Assembly: GCF_009914755.1 (NCBI RefSeq)
Contig: NC_060947.1
Direction: 5' to 3' (one strand)
Length of the DNA: 64,000 nucleotides
Source: the human T2T-CHM13v2.0 reference genome, Homo sapiens
Below are positions 55,814 through 64,000 of this stretch, piece by piece. Every line of letters begins with the position of its first letter. Within the stretch, counting starts at the first letter, position 1. Below the pieces are notes generated by a model. The model saw only the letters and a program-made list of their open reading frames with translations, was not told where the DNA came from and did not search any database. A program made the translations under genes and the position numbers.

Positions 55814-57109
55814 GATTTCTGATGAACCGGTAGGCATTTTAGCCACTAACCAACGTATCAAAGTGGGCACAACTAACACATGTTAACAGTTTTCCCAAAG
55901 TAAGAAGCTTGGTTTGGAGTGAACAGGCCTTGTACTTTTGAGATTTTATTTTATGATTTTGTGAATTGATGTTCTGTGGGGAAAAAACTTGCCTTAGTTT
56001 TAATATAATGGTCAATGACTAAGAAAAATCAAGGAGTTGGGCTGGGTGCGGTGGCTCTCGCCTGTTGAGAAATTTACATGTCCATCAGTTTCTTGTATTG
56101 TAGTTTGAAATCAAGAAACTACCTCAGTTTCTTGTACAAGTAGTTTGAAATCAGGCGGTCAAGTTTCATTCTACCCTGCTAGAATATACAAGAATCCAAA
56201 GCAATAATGTAATTTATACATTTCAAAAGGCTAATGCCAAATTTTATCAGCAAATTGGTCATAAGTCTCCAACTGGAACAAAGTGAGTGATTGTTGGGCA
56301 ATGTAGTCCTGCAATGTGAAATTCTTGTATGCATTCCTTCTTAAAAGGAAGCAAAATAAGCCTTTCCTATAGAATTTCCACTTCAAGATTCCATCATCGG
56401 CACATATCAAATACTGTTGGCAATGCTGAAAGTAAAAGCAAGGACTCACATAAAGTCTTTTGTTGCTGAAATTAAAAATAGTTGTCACTATTTTCAATAT
56501 CAAAATCCTATGGTTTTTGACAGGTTTAAATTCTCTGTTGATTCATTTCAGAACAGGGTCATCTTTTTATACTTCTTTGACATTTTAAAAAATAAGTAGT
56601 TTGGCTAGAAATTGAGTGTTTCAAGCCATCTTGGCCCTTTGCACCCTAAAATTTCAGTAGCACTGTCAAGCGAATCAGTTCTTAAGAGCTGGAAACACAA
56701 AGAAGACAAATATCAAAGAATTAATTAAAATCTTTTCTTGAATGACAAAATTGACATTATCTACTACTTATATAAGGAGACTACATTGTGGATTAACCCT
56801 GAAATCAGTACTTGGAAAGTTTATTCCAGTGTGTTTCACTGAAATTTAAATTCATGACATTTGAAAAATGTAAGTTATAATTAAACACTGAGAGTAATTC
56901 TTGTGGTTATTGTATATTTGTTAAGTATTCCATGGTAAATGTGACCTGTAAATCTGTTAAATTAAATACTTGGGAGTAAATTTACTTTTACTTTCTGTGG
57001 AAACATTTGGATTACCCCAACAGTAAAAGTAACAGATTAAAAATATAATATTCTTTATTTTCAACTTTTATTTCAATATATATGCCAGTCAAATGCCAGT
57101 GAATAATAA

Positions 57110-57468
<359 letters not shown>

Positions 57469-59638
57469 TGTACGTTTCTTTATATATGAAGTTTGCATTA
57501 AGAGATCATGAATATTGAACTCTAGTGAATGATATGCCTGCTGAAGTGTTTTAAGGGTGAAGAGTACTGATGTCTGCAACTTACACTGAAATAAAATGGA
57601 GTGATATTTGGATTAAACGATGAATAGATGGGTGGGTATGTAATAAAGCACATATAATACAATTTATTATTGAACCTAGATGGCGGGTATATGGGTGTTC
57701 ACTGTAAAATTCTTCCAACTTTTCTGTGTGTTTGAAAATTTTTCATAATAAGATGCGAGGAAAAAGCTTAAAACATGCTTGAATTATAATTCTATAATAT
57801 ATTAATATTAAAATACTGGAAGTACTCTTGCTTCATCAAAGTTACTTTCAAAAATATTGGTTTTTGTCATCTTCAAAGCATGTAATAAGAATTTTTTAAA
57901 TTAAGTATTAAAATAAAACTTTTAATGTTTGAAACTTAAATCTCACATGGCACTGTTCCTATTATGGATTTTGGGGGTTAGACCTGTAGCTACCCATGGT
58001 ATCTTCTTTCAGTGGCTCATATATACAAGATTTCAATTTGTAGTTCCCTCACTAAAAACAAACAGCCTCTGATGAAATTTATCTTGATAGGGACATCTGA
58101 AAGTGTTGATGAATGCCAAGGACTCTAATGGAAAACAAACAAACAAACGATAATTTAAAAAATACTGTTTGCTTTAAAATTCTACTAAAATGGAGTTAGT
58201 CTACATGATAACATTAATCCCATTTGCTGTGCCAACATTTAAGAAGGAATCTGTGGTTTATCATCTGGTTTGCCAATTTTTTGTTAAATATGAGGAATAT
58301 TTTAGTAATAATTTTTTAAAGATTACATGCAATAATAGCTTAAACTTTAATACCCATTAATGAGTATCCATAAAGAAAACAATTCAGTACCACTTAAAAA
58401 TAATTTGAATATCAGTCATCATAATACGATGAACACATTTGATAGAGAATATGTGAATAGAAGTACATTGAATCAGTTTTATTCTATCTACAGATGCTGA
58501 ATGGCATAGGGAATTGTGGGTCTCATGAAATTTTCTCAGAAGTACCCGGAGGATCTTCACTACCAGACTGATAAACACAATTTTTTGGTTCTTTGCCCAC
58601 ACAGGAAACTTTTCTAGAAAAGTTTCAAAGAATACATGCCGAAACATGAATCCTGGAAAAGAAAAGTGATCTTCTAAATTTGAAAATGAAAGATTTATGT
58701 GGCTCTCACGTGAAACATCCTCTGGCAAGGGAGTAGGTACATGATGGAAATACATGGATTTTCACTGAAGAAATGAAAATATAAGTGGCAAAGTAAACTT
58801 CATTTATACTATTGAAATATTCAACTGAGGAAAGTACATTACTTTTAAATTGGAAGAAGCAAGGGCACATGATTTTTTTACAGGCCATGTCATTCTCTCA
58901 TTTCTTTCATATTGAAATTAGTTGGACTTTTCTTTATCATAACGAGTGTTGCCACAGTTTACACCTGCCATTCTGACTTTTCGTATACCACCTGTTGAGA
59001 GGAATTTTTTTTTCATTCTGTTATCTACATCATTGAAAAACTTAACACAATCCATGTAAAGAAGAAACAAAAATATACTTGTAATGTTCACATAAATATA
59101 GAAATATAACTTAGGAGTCCACCTAATGCTAGAATTTTTATCGCATTTTAAGTGTTATGGAGTTTTAAAATTTCCATGTGACTTAATAGCTGGAAGGAAG
59201 CATTAATATTTAAATATTAATTTCAATAAAGATAAAACAAATTAATACTTTTAAATGAATATTTTAAATTCCCTAACGAGAAGACAATTGCATAAAATTA
59301 AGTATGTATTTTAGTTTGAAGAACTAAATCATTCGTGATACGTGACCGTACTACCTGCCGGATTCATCTTTTTGCCAAATATTTCAATAGTAATTCTTGA
59401 AGTCAATTCTCAGCACATATCAACTTTTACTGTTGTGGTGGGTGAGAGAGTGGAGAATCAGGCTTTAAGGTGAATTTATAATTTACTATGTGAATATTGC
59501 CAGGAGTTAGAATGACCTTTAAACATTTTGTGAATTGCCTATTTCAATACTTAAGGATTTTGTATACGCAACCCTGTACAGTAATTATCAAGCATACTAA
59601 AGTTTTAGAACTACCAAGTTAAACTTAAGAACCAAAGG

Positions 59639-60240
<602 letters not shown>

Positions 60241-60894
60241 TGTTCTCAACTGTTCATCTCCCTGGGATTTTATCTATTTTGTTAAAAGATCAGACTTCTA
60301 AAAACATAACAACTTGTTTTGAGAATTATAGAAGCTATTTGAGATTCAAGTTATCTCATAGAAAAAGTTGATTGTACATTTTAGGTGTTGTATTTTCTGA
60401 AAATATCTAGTATTGTTAAAACAAGAGTACTTAGTAAGAATTATTGATATGGCACTGTACATTCCTTGTCATTAAAAAAGTGGTCAGCACAAGGAAAAAA
60501 AAAACATATATAGTTTAACTAAAAATCACTTTTCCTCTCCTAAAATTATTCTTTAAGTTGTGGTTTACAGGCTTGATTATAGCAAACCATCTCAATGCCT
60601 GCATGCAAATAGCTAAATATTATTGACTAATCTCATTTTGAATTCATAGCCACAACAATTCTCAAAGGAGATTCAGCCTCTCCAAGCACCAAACATCCTA
60701 TTCCATTTCCACTTCTTATTCTCTAAACTGATTTTCACACCTTCTTCTCTCTCTTCAAACCTCCCTCTCACAACAGTTATGTCTTCTTTTTACTTCATTG
60801 AGGAAAAGAAATATGACACCCCATTTCCCTCATTTTTTCATCTGCAAATCTACCAGCTCATCTGGATCCAAATCTACATTCTCCTCTTCCCACC

Positions 60895-61188
60895 TTTTTT
60901 TTAGAGATGGAATCTCCCTCTGTTGCCCAGGCTGGAGTTCAGTGTGTGATCATAGCTTAATTACTACAGCCTTGAAATCCTAGGTTCAATAAATCCTCCC
61001 ACCTCAGCTTCCTAAGTATCTAGGACTACAAGTGCATGCCACCACGCCTGGGTAATTTTTAAATTTTTTTGCAGAGACAGGGTCTCACTGTGTTGCCCAG
61101 GCTGGTCTCAGCTCTTGGCCTCAAGTGATTCTCCTGCTTCAGCCTCCCAAAGAACTGGGATTACAGGTGTGAGCCACTGTGTCCAGCC
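60895..61188 (-). mobile_element. AluJ inside a long degenerate L2-like region (~60560-62900)
   Basis: GTGTGATCATAGCT...CAGCCTTGAAATCCTAGGTTCAA, dimer structure. Confidence 0.85.
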
Positions 61189-63043
61189 TAAATCTACACT
61201 CTTGGCCTGCCTTTCAGTTTTACTGGAATTGACAAGTTTACCTGTTCTCATATCATGTCCAGCCTTTCCACTTGGACTCTGGATTTCATTTACTTTTAAC
61301 TTATTCATGCATGTTCTTTTGAAATTATCTCTCTCCTCCTTCAATATCAATTTTTTTGTGTGTGCCTATAAATATGTTCTGCTGTTTTCTAACTTTAAAC
61401 CCATATAAAAATACGCTCTTTTGATTCTCTTTTCTCTTTCGGATATTACCTTGTTTTTCTACTCTCCTTGCTACATGCAAACACACATCAAAATCTAGAA
61501 GGAATTATTCATACTTTTTATTGCAATTATTTACCTCGTATTCTCTTTTCAAATTAGTTCATCAGGGCTTCCCTGACATAGGCTGGTTTTCTTTCCTCCT
61601 TTCCTTCCTTTTTTTTTTTTCTTTCTTGTTTTTGTATCCTATGGTCACATGACTATTGCATTGTCAAATTGAATGGCCATGTCTCTGTTCTTCCCATACT
61701 TGATCCCTCCACAGAATTTGGCACAGTTGACTACTTGCTCCTTCTGGAAAACTGTCTTCTTTTGTACTGAGCCACATAAAATCATCCTGGTTTCCTCCCC
61801 TCTCAGTTTCCTTTTCTCATCATTTCTGTATCCCCAAATGTTAGTGCCAGTTCTAGCTTCATACTTTTTTTTGGATTAAGTCATCCGATCTAATGTCTTT
61901 AAAATGCTAACTATATGCAAATCACCCTTAATATGTTTTTATATTTAATTCTAACTTATCTCGTGAACATGAGGCTTTTTTCCCCTCAAACAGCTTACTT
62001 GACATACCCATGGGAGTACGTATCTAATATGAATGTCAAACTTAACATAAACAGACCTTTTGATTTTTTTCCATCAGACCTCCCAGCATAAACAACAAAC
62101 AAACCTGCTGAGCCCTCACTGATTAACTGGTTCCATTATGACCCGATGACTAAAGTCAAATTTATAAATGCTTTTATAAACTTCATATCTAATCATCAGT
62201 GAATCTTGTCTCCTGTACCTCGCATCCCCCAAATCTGGCCACTTTTCTGTTTCTTCATTATCACTACCTTATCTCAACCCTTATTACTTCTCACCTAGAC
62301 TGTTACAATTATTTCCTGTCATGTTTTTTTTCTTTTGTCACCATACAATTAAATCTCCCTTCTTCCTCTACAGATACAATAATCTTTGAAAAGGTAGACC
62401 AGGTAATTTTACTCCACTGACTTCCTATAACCCTAAGGCAAAGATCTGAATATTTTAACCTGGTCTACAAAATCCTTCATGTCCTAACCTCTGCCTAGCT
62501 TTTTACCCCACGTCATTCCCTTTCCCACTTGCATCTCAGGCCAACTCCTACATTAGCATCTTTATGTAGTTAGTAGATGTTTCTCTGCATGAAATGTTCT
62601 TACTTCAGATCATCTCTATGTGGGCTTCTCCCTTAATTGATACTTTCTCAGAAATCTTAATTAAGTGATACTTTCTCAGAAATGCCTTTCCTGACCTAAC
62701 GAAAGTAGGAACAGTCACTCTCAATCACTTCAACCTATTACAGTTGTCAGTGTGGAACTTATGCTCTCTAAAATCTTTCTTATTTTACTTATTTACTGAT
62801 TAATTATGTATCTTTATCTGCACAAAATAATCTCCATTTTATCCCCACTGTCTGGAGCTTTGCCTGTTCTAGAATCTGAACTCTTTGTATGAATTAAATA
62901 AGGATGAAGTCAAAACAAACTGTACTGTTTTTTGTTTCAAGTATCAGGCGATATTTAACTATTTGAAGTTATGGGACTACCAAAGTTACTCCTTCTGGTT
63001 GACACTTTACTGAGACAAACACCAGTGATATGAAATTTCCATA

Positions 63044-63371
63044 TAGTCATGCATCACTTAACAACAGGCATATGTTCTAAATGCATTCTTAGACAATTTT
63101 TTGTTGTGGAAACATCAGAGTGTACTTACAGAAACCTAGATAGTATAGCCTACTACAAACCTAAGCTATATGGTAGAGCCTGTTACTCCTACAAACATGT
63201 TACTGTACTGAATACTTAGGCAATTTGAACACAAAGGTAAGTAATTGTGTATCTAAACATTTCTTAACATAGAAAAGGTACAATTCAAATACAATATTAT
63301 AACCTTATGCTACCACTATCATATTATGTGGCCTGTTATTGACAGATACATTGTTATTCTGTTCATGACTG
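63044..63371. mobile_element. Tigger3a/MER7-like TcMar DNA transposon
   Basis: Inverted termini AGTCATG...CATGACTG with flanking TA. GTGTACTTACAGAAACCTAGATAGTATAGCCTACTAC. Confidence 0.85.
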
Positions 63372-64000
63372 TATTAGTACCAGGTTGTGGCTGTTTCTAA
63401 TATATCCTCTCCCACTCCTCTCATTCCTTACTGAAGTCACCAGGGTAGTAGCAAATCACTGGAACCAGACCTATAATATATCTGACTTGGTATCTGTAAC
63501 TGTTCTGAGAAACATGTGTTGAAAGGCAGCCAGGCTGCCTGATGATTATTTAGTAGCTGTCTTTCTTTACTGAACAACAGTGAATAATATCTTTGATCTC
63601 TGCCACTGAGAAATAAACAGAACCCATCAGGAATTTAATCCCTGGGAATGATTTTCACATTTCCTGGTATAGACGTTTGATTTTGAAGCTCATATGGTTT
63701 GCACAATAAATATTTACCTATTTATGTCAAAATGCATGTTAAATCATTTTTATGGTTGGTGTGAGGAATTTGTGAAACAATCCCATCCTTTTGTTATTAC
63801 TGTGTTTTTGTAAGAGGACTTCTCACACCTTAACCTCATCAATAGTTTTTCCTGTGTGTTAATGCAACAAAATGGAAGCAAAAAGATATATTTTGTTTTC
63901 ATTTATTTTATTCACCTGAATCTATCCAGAGGGAAAGCACTGGAAGTGTTTTCTTTTTAAGAGTGTTAACTTGTATTCTTGGTAAGATCTCATCAAAAGC

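Noticed and set aside
58384-58755. 123-aa minus-strand ORF
   Set aside because: No recognisable family, composition typical of AT-rich non-coding DNA, and no strong donor to define an exon.

Overview
This is primate (most likely human) AT-rich, repeat-dense non-coding DNA, either a long intron or an intergenic block. I see no convincing cellular protein-coding exon. The ORFs I could assign fall in Alu, L1 or ERV sequence, and the rest show no recognisable family. The dominant feature is a 6,051-bp two-LTR HERV-H provirus on the minus strand (26112-32162). It has LTR7-type LTRs, a tRNA-His primer-binding site, defective gag/pro/pol and a short env-region remnant, and it is inserted into an old L1. 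The rest is a mosaic of Alu, L1, L2, MIR, L3, MaLR (MLT1/MST/THE1) and DNA-transposon (MER1B, MER3, MER5, Tigger3) fossils. The most interesting signals are: (i) local templated insertions, where nearby sequence was copied into LTRs and an Alu; (ii) a recursive-splice-like AG|GT site followed by an RS-exon-like segment; (iii) an uneven LTR-LTR divergence pattern plus a newly gained splice donor in the HERV-H 3' LTR; and (iv) a repeat-poor candidate alternative promoter/first exon near 54.3-55.9 kb. The host gene could not be identified. Repeat subfamily names come from recalled consensus sequences, not a database search. I found no clearly novel biological system.
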